Source: a virus. Taken from it: a stretch of DNA of 64,000 bases. The translations under genes and the position numbers were made by a program. Shown here in pieces: positions 37,698 to 47,174 of this stretch; position 1 is the first letter of the stretch; the number at the start of each line of letters is the position of its first letter. The stretch covers positions 38,657 to 102,656 of IMG/VR virus record IMGVR_UViG_3300042863_003045; one strand, 5' to 3'. The notes under the pieces are model-generated. The model was given only the letters and a program-made list of their open reading frames with translations, ran no database searches and was not told the origin of the DNA.

Positions 37698-39372
37698 TCC
37701 ATCAAATAATAGCAATCAATTCCAATATACCATGAACTCCGCTGTTGAGAACAGAGGACTATTTTCTAGGATACTCAGAAACCTCTCATCTTGGGGAATG
37801 AACTACGATGATATGGTAGCTAGAAATCAAGTGGGTGTTGGAATAAACGAAGATCCTTATTCGCAACAAGGAAATTCAATGTATGATTTCTTTTCAAGAC
37901 GAGCAGTTGCATCAGTTTTAAATAAGAAGTCAATACCTTATCTTGATAGATCTTATTCAGATAAAAGAAGAATTTTAAGAGAGTATTCGATAAAAGATGA
38001 GATAAGGGATTTTATATCAAGTGTTTGTGATGAAGCAATAATATATTCTGATAAGGATTTCTGTAGTCCTAAATCTTTATCAACAGATTACTCACAGGAT
38101 GTAAGAGATAAATATCAAGAATATTTTGAAAAAATATACAATCGTTTTGGATTTTCCGATTCTATAACTGCTTGGCAGATGATGAAAGATTTTCTCATAG
38201 ATGGGTATATTGCAGTTGAGATCGTATGGGATGATAAAAAGAAGAATATAATATATTTTAATAGGATGAGACCAGAAACATTGGTTCCAGCATATGAACC
38301 AACCATTGGTAATCTTTGGATTCAATATCCAGAGGATCCACAACTTCGTAGGATATTTTTAGATTCACAATTGATATTCATTTCATATTCATCTCAGAAT
38401 GATTATTCAGAAACCTCTTATGTTGAAGGACTCATAAAGCCATATAATCAAGTAAAGATATTAGAACAAACAAAGATAATGTTCAATATCATAAATGCAA
38501 CACTTTATCAGAAATTCACTGTACCTATTAAAGGTTTGTCAAGACAAAGAGCAGAAGAACAAATCGGTCAACTTATTCAAGACTATTCAGAAGAAGTAGA
38601 ATGGGATGATAGCTTAGGCAGTCTAAGAATAAATGGTCAAAAACATCTTCCTTATAATAAACAGTTCTGGTTTCCAGAAGGAGATGCTGGTACTCCAGGT
38701 ATGGAATTGATGTCACCACAGGGACATAATCTTAATGAAGATGATATGTTGAAATGGTTTTTTGCAATATTAAAAAGAGCATCTAAGATACCTGCTCAAA
38801 GATTTAATGAAGATGGTGGAGGAAATGTTTTTACAGATGCTGCTGAAATAACAAGAGATGAGGCTAAATTCAGTAACTTTATTCATAGATTAAGAGCCAA
38901 TTTTAGGGAACTTATTGTTAAGCCACTTAGATTACAAATGCTTGTTGAGTTTCCAGAATTAAAGAATGATGAAAGGTTTTTAAATGAAGTTGATATTAAT
39001 TTTATTTCTAATCAATTATTCGAAGAATGGAAAAAACTAGGTAATCTTATGAAGAAATCAGAGATATTAACTTCTCTTAATGGAATACAGAAAGCAGATG
39101 GACAACCTTATTTCCATATTGAATATCTTATTGATAATGTTTTAAGTTTAACACCTGAGGAAAAAGAAGAAAATAAAAAGTACTGGTTGAAAGATAGTGC
39201 TGGTGCTGGATCAGGTCCAGAAGGCGCACCAGGAGAAGAAGGTGGTGCCGAAGGAATGGGCGATACGGGAACAGAAGGTGGCGGTGAAACAGAGACTCCA
39301 GAAGCACCAGCTGAAACTCCTGCTCCAGAAGAAGGAGGAGAAGCTGGTGGAGGAACTGAATTTGAATTTTAA
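37684..39372 (+). CDS. Portal protein (gp20-like)
   Basis: FLIDG, SYVEGLIKPYNQVKILE, QFWFP, LKRASKIPAQR, EITRDEAKFSNFIHRLR. Confidence 0.95.
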   Translation: MASYNPSNNSNQFQYTMNSAVENRGLFSRILRNLSSWGMNYDDMVARNQVGVGINEDPYSQQGNSMYDFFSRRAVASVLNKKSIPYLDRSYSDKRRILREYSIKDEIRDFISSVCDEAIIYSDKDFCSPKSLSTDYSQDVRDKYQEYFEKIYNRFGFSDSITAWQMMKDFLIDGYIAVEIVWDDKKKNIIYFNRMRPETLVPAYEPTIGNLWIQYPEDPQLRRIFLDSQLIFISYSSQNDYSETSYVEGLIKPYNQVKILEQTKIMFNIINATLYQKFTVPIKGLSRQRAEEQIGQLIQDYSEEVEWDDSLGSLRINGQKHLPYNKQFWFPEGDAGTPGMELMSPQGHNLNEDDMLKWFFAILKRASKIPAQRFNEDGGGNVFTDAAEITRDEAKFSNFIHRLRANFRELIVKPLRLQMLVEFPELKNDERFLNEVDINFISNQLFEEWKKLGNLMKKSEILTSLNGIQKADGQPYFHIEYLIDNVLSLTPEEKEENKKYWLKDSAGAGSGPEGAPGEEGGAEGMGDTGTEGGGETETPEAPAETPAPEEGGEAGGGTEFEF

Positions 39373-39380
39373 TTGATGGT

Positions 39381-40052
39381 ATGAATTATGATAGGTGGAA
39401 TAAAGATAAACACAAAGAATTTAGAAGGTTAAAAAGATCTGGATATACAGATGATATGTTGATTCAATATTTTGGAGAAGATATTTATTATTCTGGTATG
39501 TATAATAGAAAATCAACAATAATGCCTTGGTTAGAGTTTCTAACAGAGATATTAATTACACCAGAATATACTGAGTATGATATTTCAAAAACTCCATCTG
39601 TTATTTACAAAAATCAATTTGACTATGTAATTAGTTTTGAAAACAATAGTGTTGTTTATATTATCTCATTATTTTATTATATAATAGATGGAGTAGAAAC
39701 ATACAATTTTCTATTGACAACTGATAAACAATGGGAGGAATATAGAAAAAAGTTAAATGAAATTGGATATAAGGGGTATATAACCAATGATGAAAGAAGT
39801 GATTTGATTAATATTGTTGAAAAAGAAACAGTACTCAATCAATTATATCCTGTTATGAAGAAAACATCTTATATTTTGTTTGATGTTTTTAAACAACATT
39901 TAAAAGGTTCTATTATCTCATTAGGAGAAACAAAAAATTTGGTTAAGATAAATTTATATAGAAATATTATCAAAAACTTTTCAGACATTGAAGAAATTGA
40001 AGAAAAGTTTGATGATGTTGGTAATAGATACTTTCTTTATCGAATAAGTTAA
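39381..40052 (+). CDS. Hypothetical protein
   Basis: 223-aa ORF. Confidence 0.7.
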   Translation: MNYDRWNKDKHKEFRRLKRSGYTDDMLIQYFGEDIYYSGMYNRKSTIMPWLEFLTEILITPEYTEYDISKTPSVIYKNQFDYVISFENNSVVYIISLFYYIIDGVETYNFLLTTDKQWEEYRKKLNEIGYKGYITNDERSDLINIVEKETVLNQLYPVMKKTSYILFDVFKQHLKGSIISLGETKNLVKINLYRNIIKNFSDIEEIEEKFDDVGNRYFLYRIS

Positions 40053-40077
40053 GAAAGTATTTCAAATATAAGAAAAA

Positions 40078-40470
40078 CTATTTAAGAATGAATCTCCAAG
40101 AATCTTTCTTAGTAGATAAAGTTAAAATATTTTTCATTTTTTCATATATCTTTCCTTTATCATTCTCAAGGAACTCAACATTAACTTTTAAAGATTCTAT
40201 TTTAAGTTCTGAATCCACAATAACTTCAATACTTTCAATTGTTGCTATTGCATCACCTAATAATATATCATTATCATCATTACAATCTATGTAGTATGGA
40301 CTACCCATAGATGTTTTCATATCTTCTAAGGTTATTAATGATTTCTTACCTAAAAGAGAATTTAACTTGATCTCTCTTAAAAAATCTTTACCTGGTCGAA
40401 ATTGTCTTATATACTTTTCAAATTCAATAAGATCATTGTTTGAATCATCAATTTGTAGATGGTATTGCAT
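40078..40470 (-). CDS. Hypothetical protein, possible degenerate prohead-protease-like fragment
   Basis: LREIKLNSLL motif; VNVEFLENDKGK resembles GEIRLLNTYWGK. Confidence 0.55.
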   Translation of the reverse strand: MQYHLQIDDSNNDLIEFEKYIRQFRPGKDFLREIKLNSLLGKKSLITLEDMKTSMGSPYYIDCNDDNDILLGDAIATIESIEVIVDSELKIESLKVNVEFLENDKGKIYEKMKNILTLSTKKDSWRFILK

Positions 40471-40816
40471 TTCTCTCGCTTATTCTTTTTCTTATTTTAG
40501 TGAATATCTCAGTGTTCTGTATAGGATATTCAACACCATAATTTTCTATTAAAGTTTCTTTTCTCTTTTTTTCAGAACACTTTCTACAATAATATTCTAA
40601 CCATTTATTGTCATACTTTACATAGTTTTTAAATATAACATCTTTAACAACACCACATCCATCACATTTACAAGTTATCTTATAATGAGAACCCTTTGAA
40701 AGTAATTCAACTGGAATTGTTAAGTTTTCACCTATGTTTATATCATATCCAAAATCATCAAAATATTGAAAGTTTGATGAATTTATTTTAATTGTTATTT
40801 CTCTTGTTAGAATCAT
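40448..40816 (-). CDS. Zinc-ribbon protein; N-terminal module of the homing endonuclease family, no nuclease domain
   Basis: CKCDGCG...YYCRKC...ENYGVEYP, homologous to N-terminus of 43939..45519. Confidence 0.7.
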   Translation of the reverse strand: MILTREITIKINSSNFQYFDDFGYDINIGENLTIPVELLSKGSHYKITCKCDGCGVVKDVIFKNYVKYDNKWLEYYCRKCSEKKRKETLIENYGVEYPIQNTEIFTKIRKRISERNAIPSTN

Positions 40817-40888
40817 AAAAAACCGTAAGAATTTAAAGTATATATCTTGAATGGTCATGCCTGTTCTAAAATTTCTTATATTTGATAT

Positions 40889-41182
40889 ATGAGCGAAGTA
40901 GATATGTGGATAGAAGTAATGTCAAGATTAGGATTTCTCTTTATAGAAGAAACATGCACTGGAGACATCAATGTTTTAGAATATGTATGGACTCCAACAA
41001 ATCATACATACCAAATCTATTTTAATCTGAATACAGAAGAGGTCAATTCACTTTTCTGTGTCATTTCATCCACCACGGGAATACCTCCTATCCGAAATTC
41101 CGGTGGTGTTACTAAAAAATCATTTTATAATCAGTATATAAATATATTCAGACAAGTAAAATTAGAATATCTTGATACATAG
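40889..41182 (+). CDS. Hypothetical protein (host-type promoter)
   Basis: TATATTTG at 40877; ends RQVKLEYL. Confidence 0.7.
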   Translation: MSEVDMWIEVMSRLGFLFIEETCTGDINVLEYVWTPTNHTYQIYFNLNTEEVNSLFCVISSTTGIPPIRNSGGVTKKSFYNQYINIFRQVKLEYLDT

Positions 41183-41226
41183 TGTCACTTTCTAAAAAAA
41201 TATGATATTTTTTAATATATAGAAAT

Positions 41227-41859
41227 ATGAAATATGTTAAAAAGTTTGAAGAATTTACAGATAGTACTTTAAAAACTAATATCGATGCTTACAATAGATA
41301 TTATAATAGATATACTAATAGATCAGGTAAAGTAGCTTGGGAAGCAAAAGATTCACAAGAAGATAATTTCAATTTAGTATCGGATCATATAAAATCTGGA
41401 GACTCTGTTTTAGATTATGGTTGTGGTTTAGGTGATTTAATATCACACTTAGAAAAAAAGAAAATACAAATTTCCGACTATTTAGGTGTTGATATAAATC
41501 AGAAATACATAGAAGACGCAAAAAAACATTATTCGGATTCTAATTTTAAACTAATCACTGATATAGATCAACTTTCTGGTAAATGGGATAAGGTTTGTGC
41601 TGTTGGTGTATTCACTTGGTATATAGGAAAAGAAGAATTTATAAAATCAATAAGAAAACTCATCGATTTATCAGAAAAAGAAGTTCTATTGACACTTTTA
41701 TATGATGATGATGTGGATTTCGAATCACCTAATTACTGGGAGTCTAATTATAGATATTATAATGAGGAACTTTTTGAAAATTTATTCCCCGATTTGATTG
41801 ATAATTTTGAGTTTCATAATTCATATCGAACTATATTGGTTAGAATTAAAAAGAATTGA
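41227..41859 (+). CDS. Class I SAM-dependent methyltransferase
   Basis: VLDYGCGLG, YLGVDIN; N-terminus MKYVKKFEEF. Confidence 0.9.
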   Translation: MKYVKKFEEFTDSTLKTNIDAYNRYYNRYTNRSGKVAWEAKDSQEDNFNLVSDHIKSGDSVLDYGCGLGDLISHLEKKKIQISDYLGVDINQKYIEDAKKHYSDSNFKLITDIDQLSGKWDKVCAVGVFTWYIGKEEFIKSIRKLIDLSEKEVLLTLLYDDDVDFESPNYWESNYRYYNEELFENLFPDLIDNFEFHNSYRTILVRIKKN

Positions 41860-41873
41860 TTAATATATAGAAT

Positions 41874-42365
41874 ATGAAATACATCAAAAAATTTGAAATA
41901 AACGAATCAGTTGATCTTACGAAATCATATAAACCAAAATTGAGTTTTGAAAATGTAACAGGTGAGTGGTTAGTAGATCATGAATTTCCATCTGATGTCA
42001 AGGAATATTTGGAAAAAACCATAATACCATATTTTTGTGTGTTTTTATATTTTGATCCAAATAGATCTCATCATTCTTTAGGACAACTTTCTTATTTAAA
42101 ACAATATTATTCAGATTCAATTACTGATTTTATCGAGAATCCTGCTGTTTCTTTTCAATTAAGAACTAATATTGAAGAAAGTTTTTATTCAAATGATAGA
42201 CATTGGTTCTCAGTGGATGATCTTATATCAAATGAGGGATCAATGCCAAAATTACTTAGTATTGCGGAAAAAATAGAAGAATTTAACTCAGTAAGAAATG
42301 TTTATATTTCAGTGATAGATTTTAGATCTCAACAAATCACAATAATTTTTAAAAATACGATATGA
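41874..42365 (+). CDS. Hypothetical protein with shared N-terminal peptide
   Basis: MKYIKKFEINES. Confidence 0.75.
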   Translation: MKYIKKFEINESVDLTKSYKPKLSFENVTGEWLVDHEFPSDVKEYLEKTIIPYFCVFLYFDPNRSHHSLGQLSYLKQYYSDSITDFIENPAVSFQLRTNIEESFYSNDRHWFSVDDLISNEGSMPKLLSIAEKIEEFNSVRNVYISVIDFRSQQITIIFKNTI

Positions 42366-43174
42366 GAAAAATTTTTACAAAACTAAAAAATAATTTAAAA
42401 CAATTTGATTTTGAGTTAGAATCTAGTTCATCAAATTATACAATTAAATTAACACCTAAAAAGGACATGATTGTAGATGATGAATCGATTAAAATATTCA
42501 AAGACTTTTTTAAAATTTTAGAAGATGAGGGAGTTCTTAATATTTCAGATGTGATGATGCAATTCGGCAAAAAGATATCACGGTCAAAATGGGCAACGAC
42601 TCCTTGGAAATGTCAATCGTTTAATTCTGAATCAGATTTGAAAAAAATAATCGGTGAAAAAATACATTTGGTAGAAATTTTTGTTGAATTAGCTGATCTT
42701 GAATATCACGAAACAAATAACCACAAAAGAAATATTGATTACATTCAAAATTTTTTAGATAATAACACAGATTTATTATATAATATTGAATTAAATGTAA
42801 AAAAAGATATAAAAATCGGGAACACATCTCGTTTGGTTGAAAGAATACTACATAATGATCAAAATTTTTGGATAGTAGAATATGATTCTAAACTAATACT
42901 AGTAACAGAAATAGAGAATAAATTAACTGCTGTTTCTTCTATAAGATATACTCTTTCGGCAGAATCATTTTATGTTGTATCAGTTTATACACTTCCTGGA
43001 TATAGAAGAAAAGGATTTTCATTTATCTTGCATAAATATATACAAGATAAAACTGGATTAAAATATAATACAAGACTATCATTAACAAAATCTGGATTAG
43101 GTCATATGCTTTCAAATAGAAAAAAACTTATATCTGAAAATATGAAACATATTAAAAGTTTTAAAAATTTCTAA
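42362..43174 (+). CDS. Protein with C-terminal GNAT-like acetyltransferase motif
   Basis: VYTLPGYRRKGFS...LTKSG; ends MKHIKSFKNF. Confidence 0.65.
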   Translation: MRKIFTKLKNNLKQFDFELESSSSNYTIKLTPKKDMIVDDESIKIFKDFFKILEDEGVLNISDVMMQFGKKISRSKWATTPWKCQSFNSESDLKKIIGEKIHLVEIFVELADLEYHETNNHKRNIDYIQNFLDNNTDLLYNIELNVKKDIKIGNTSRLVERILHNDQNFWIVEYDSKLILVTEIENKLTAVSSIRYTLSAESFYVVSVYTLPGYRRKGFSFILHKYIQDKTGLKYNTRLSLTKSGLGHMLSNRKKLISENMKHIKSFKNF

Positions 43175-43222
43175 AAAACATTTTTTAAATATAATATATA
43201 CTAAAAAATAAAATAAAAAAAA

Positions 43223-43462
43223 ATGAAACATATTAAAAAAATAAATGAATTCAATGACATAGAAGATTCTTATGAAAGAGATGATAATTCACCATCTGAT
43301 GATTGGATGAATGATGAAGAACAAATTGAAACTATGTGGCATCTAGAATTCGATGATAAAGAACCAACTCCAACTGAAAAAATGGAGTGGTATCACAAAA
43401 TGAGAACAAAAGGTTTTGATGGAATATTAATATTCGATGTGGTTGGTCATTTGATGGATTAA
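43223..43462 (+). CDS. Small acidic protein with shared N-terminal peptide
   Basis: MKHIKKINEF. Confidence 0.75.
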   Translation: MKHIKKINEFNDIEDSYERDDNSPSDDWMNDEEQIETMWHLEFDDKEPTPTEKMEWYHKMRTKGFDGILIFDVVGHLMD

Positions 43463-43510
43463 TTTGCATAAAATTACTACATTTGTGATATAATTAAATA
43501 AATAAGAGAA

Positions 43511-43942
43511 ATGCAACATTTAAAACTATTTGAAAACTTTAAAAATGTTAAAACCATCAGAGATTTGATTGGTGATTTTCAATCTACTCTATTATTTCCA
43601 TATAAAGTAGGAAATTTTACTTTTAATAAGTATTTTATAAAAACAACAAATGGAGTTATAGTTAATGGATTTTCCTCTAAAGAAGAATTCAATTTTAATT
43701 TAGATAAAGAAATTCACGTTAAAGATAATCTAGTATATTCAATTTCAAATAAGTACCGCGCAATTGGATGTTTAGGAATAAAAGATGGTGAGATTTTAAT
43801 TTATTCCGACATACCTGGAGACTATCAGGGATCTGCATGGAAAGGCAACACTTTTTATGTGTATGGACACGATGGTCGTGAAAAAATAAATTTAGATGAT
43901 TTAGGAGAATCCGGATTTGCTGATAGAGGTGATCTATATTAA
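43511..43942 (+). CDS. Hypothetical protein with shared N-terminal peptide
   Basis: MQHLKLFENF. Confidence 0.75.
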   Translation: MQHLKLFENFKNVKTIRDLIGDFQSTLLFPYKVGNFTFNKYFIKTTNGVIVNGFSSKEEFNFNLDKEIHVKDNLVYSISNKYRAIGCLGIKDGEILIYSDIPGDYQGSAWKGNTFYVYGHDGREKINLDDLGESGFADRGDLY

Positions 43943-45519
43943 TTATTTAATTCCCATTTAATCTTCCCACAATCCCAAACTCTTGGTAAATCCAACTCAG
44001 ACTCTGAAAGTCCAGTTATACTTCTTTTGAAATTCGATTTATGAACTCTTTTGAAGTCCACTAGATATTTATAATCTGGCTTAGTTTCATAAGCCTTTTG
44101 AAATCCTAACTTTTCATAGAGTATTCCCCTGCTCCAATCTTTATCAGAATAACTTATTATTCTGGTAGGTAAATATTCTTTTGTAAAAAATGTTAAAATC
44201 TTAGAAGCTCCGCCAACAACACTGAATCCAGATTTATTACAGAATCTGTTTAGATTCCATTCAGTTTCTTTCATTTTCTTTCTTCCTTCAAATTTATCAA
44301 ATGTCATTAAACTAACTAATTCAGAATCAAAGAATAATCCAATCTTAACTTTTGAATTCACATAACCTTGAATGTGATTTTTATCCAAAAAATCTTTCAC
44401 TAAAACAGAATCATTTATTTCTCTTACTTCACACTTTCTCGCCATAATAATTGAACTTTTTCCTAAAATATTCTGAATCTGACTTTTCAATATATCAGAT
44501 TTTTCATCCCAATCATCTTCCCATATGTGAAAAATACGAATTTCTTTTTCTTCAAAGAATTCACTTTTCTCAATATGAAAAGTCTTTTCTTTATAAACGT
44601 CTGAATGCCAGTAAACTCCATTGAACTCAAATCCTAATTTGAAATAGGGCAAATAAATATCAATTTCTTTCCTATCAATCCTAAAGTTCTGAATTATTTC
44701 ACCAGGATAAATTGATTCAATAAAATTGAATAATTTAATTTCTTTTCCTGATTGATGAGTATCAACTGGATTACAAATAGTACATATGGTGGTTTTATAT
44801 TTTATTCTTTTTGAATAAACATCAATTCCAATTTCAAATTCATGATCTTTATTGTTATCACATCTGAAAAGAGATTCACCATCTTTTAAATATTTTAAAT
44901 AATTTGGATCATTTGCAATTTTGAAGTTTGATTTTCTAAATTTCTCACTTTTTTTATTGTTTCCTTCTCCCCAGTTCTTTATATAAGTCTGAGTCTTTTT
45001 TTCTTTTGTTTCAGAAGACTGTGATATATTTTCAACACCCCACCTTTCTATGTTGGTTGTTTTCATTTTATTCAAAATTTCTTCATTTTGCAAATGATGT
45101 TCTTTTCCAAACTTTTCTATATTATTCTCTTTTATCTTTTTTTGAATTTCTTTGGATTGAGATATAAACTCAACTCCCCATTTTTCTAAGTTTGTTTTTT
45201 TAGATTTTTCTTTAACAGAATCTAATTGGAATACATTCTCAACTCCCCATTTTTCTAAATTATTCTTTTTTAATTTACATTTTCTACATAGATAATCTCC
45301 TCCAGTATATCCATATTTAAAGTAGTCTTTAAATACTAGATTTTTCTCTACACCACATTCATCACACTTCACAAGTATCTCTGACCTTGATGCGTGCGTC
45401 AAATTTTCTATTGAAACTTGAACAACATCTTTTACTCTAAGATCCTTTTCAAAGAACTTCTGATAATGATTGAAATTTGCTGAATTTATTGTTATTGATA
45501 CTTGATCACTTATTATCAT
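43939..45519 (-). CDS. Putative homing endonuclease (KWGVE repeats, PD-(D/E)xK core, NHIQG/RFCNK C-domain)
   Basis: EIDIY...FEFNGVYWH...IWEDDW; NHIQG; VVGGASK; WDCG. Confidence 0.85.
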   Translation of the reverse strand: MIISDQVSITINSANFNHYQKFFEKDLRVKDVVQVSIENLTHASRSEILVKCDECGVEKNLVFKDYFKYGYTGGDYLCRKCKLKKNNLEKWGVENVFQLDSVKEKSKKTNLEKWGVEFISQSKEIQKKIKENNIEKFGKEHHLQNEEILNKMKTTNIERWGVENISQSSETKEKKTQTYIKNWGEGNNKKSEKFRKSNFKIANDPNYLKYLKDGESLFRCDNNKDHEFEIGIDVYSKRIKYKTTICTICNPVDTHQSGKEIKLFNFIESIYPGEIIQNFRIDRKEIDIYLPYFKLGFEFNGVYWHSDVYKEKTFHIEKSEFFEEKEIRIFHIWEDDWDEKSDILKSQIQNILGKSSIIMARKCEVREINDSVLVKDFLDKNHIQGYVNSKVKIGLFFDSELVSLMTFDKFEGRKKMKETEWNLNRFCNKSGFSVVGGASKILTFFTKEYLPTRIISYSDKDWSRGILYEKLGFQKAYETKPDYKYLVDFKRVHKSNFKRSITGLSESELDLPRVWDCGKIKWELNN

Positions 45520-47050
45520 TATTTAGGTTTTTATTTATATTCAATTCAAATACAATTGTTCCAGAATCATATATTCTGAAATAGTTAAGTTTGTTCATTA
45601 TTTGATGTTCGGTCAATGATATATCAAATCCCTCTTTTATTAGGTCAGATTTATTGAAATTTGATTTATTTATTCTCAGAGTATAATCTTTATGGAAGTA
45701 TGAGTATTCCGGATTTTTTCTAAGTATCTCTTTGAATCCTATATTTTTATATGATTCATATAATGGCCAATCTATACTTGTGCAATAAATTAAACTTTTC
45801 GGATTAAATGTTAATATTAAGTGGTTCAATAATTTTTGAAATGATGCTGGTATGTTATAATTCAATTTATTGCAGAATCTTTTTATTTCGTAACTATTAG
45901 AAGAATTTGATCTGCATATAGATATGGTGCTTATTAAATTTTCTTTAAGAAAAAGTCCAAATCTATACTTTGTTATATAGTGTCCATTAATATGATTTTC
46001 ATTCAAGAAATTCTTAGTTTCAATTAGAGAAATTTCTGATATTATACATTCATCCAAATTGATGCTAATATTTTTAGATATTAAATTTACTATCATAGAT
46101 TTTACTATTTCTTTTTTATTTTTCCAATCATCTTCCCATACATGCACCACCTTTATTCCTAACTCCTCAAAAAAAATACTTTTATCTCTGTGATAATTTT
46201 TTTCTTTATATTTTTCAGAGTGCCACCATAATCCATTACACTCAAATGCCAGATTCATATCAGGCAGATAAATATCCATTTCATATTTTTTGAACATCTT
46301 ACACTTCCTTATTACTTGAGTATTTGCGTTCTTTTCTATAAAATCAGCAACATCCATCTCAAAAAAAGAATCATTGTTGTTTGGATTACAATTCAAGCAT
46401 ATTTTAATATTACCACGATTTCTTTGACTGAATAATGACCTAGTTATAGAAAATGATTTAGAACAATCATTGCAAAATAAATGAAAATTATATTTATCCA
46501 TACTTTCAACAAGATATCCAAGGCTTTCTATATTTTTTTTCGATTTTATCGTATTCGTCTCTGATAATACTTCTTTAATCTTTTTAGATTTCTCTTTATT
46601 GATTTCTTTATTTTTCGATATGTTGTTTACTCCATATTTCTCTATTACCGTTTCAGATCTTTTTTGATTTATTTCTATTCTTTTTTCTTCACTGAATCCT
46701 TCTTTTGTGGAATTCGCTTTTTCAGTCATTAAATTTCTCAAATCCTTGTCATAGTTACACAACGACATCTTTTTTATTCTTGACTCTTTTATCTTATCAT
46801 CTTTATGTGTATGCTCTGCTGCACATTTTTTAGAACAATATTTTCTATATCCCTGTGAAAATTTTATGAATTTAACTTTTGTTTCACAGTTTTTACAACT
46901 TGGTGTTTTAGAAAATCCATTTTGAAAAAGCCAGACATATTCACTCAGTGATATATCCTCCTCCTTTACAAATTCTATCATCTCATCATAAAATTCTTTA
47001 TGATCTCTTTTTAATTTCTTCTCAGTCAATCTATTGGTTGTTTTGAACAT
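45506..47050 (-). CDS. Putative homing endonuclease, same family
   Basis: YCSKKC; EMDIY...FECNGLWWH...VWEDDW; RIYDSG. Confidence 0.85.
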   Translation of the reverse strand: MFKTTNRLTEKKLKRDHKEFYDEMIEFVKEEDISLSEYVWLFQNGFSKTPSCKNCETKVKFIKFSQGYRKYCSKKCAAEHTHKDDKIKESRIKKMSLCNYDKDLRNLMTEKANSTKEGFSEEKRIEINQKRSETVIEKYGVNNISKNKEINKEKSKKIKEVLSETNTIKSKKNIESLGYLVESMDKYNFHLFCNDCSKSFSITRSLFSQRNRGNIKICLNCNPNNNDSFFEMDVADFIEKNANTQVIRKCKMFKKYEMDIYLPDMNLAFECNGLWWHSEKYKEKNYHRDKSIFFEELGIKVVHVWEDDWKNKKEIVKSMIVNLISKNISINLDECIISEISLIETKNFLNENHINGHYITKYRFGLFLKENLISTISICRSNSSNSYEIKRFCNKLNYNIPASFQKLLNHLILTFNPKSLIYCTSIDWPLYESYKNIGFKEILRKNPEYSYFHKDYTLRINKSNFNKSDLIKEGFDISLTEHQIMNKLNYFRIYDSGTIVFELNINKNLNNDNK

Positions 47051-47174
47051 GTATTTAATCTCTTTTACCTATATATCAAGTTCTGTGTTTCCCCTCCTTG
47101 TTATAAAAAATCCACCTTTATTTTTTTTGGTTTTTTACACTTCAATATATATCTGAAAATAAAGCAAAAATTAT

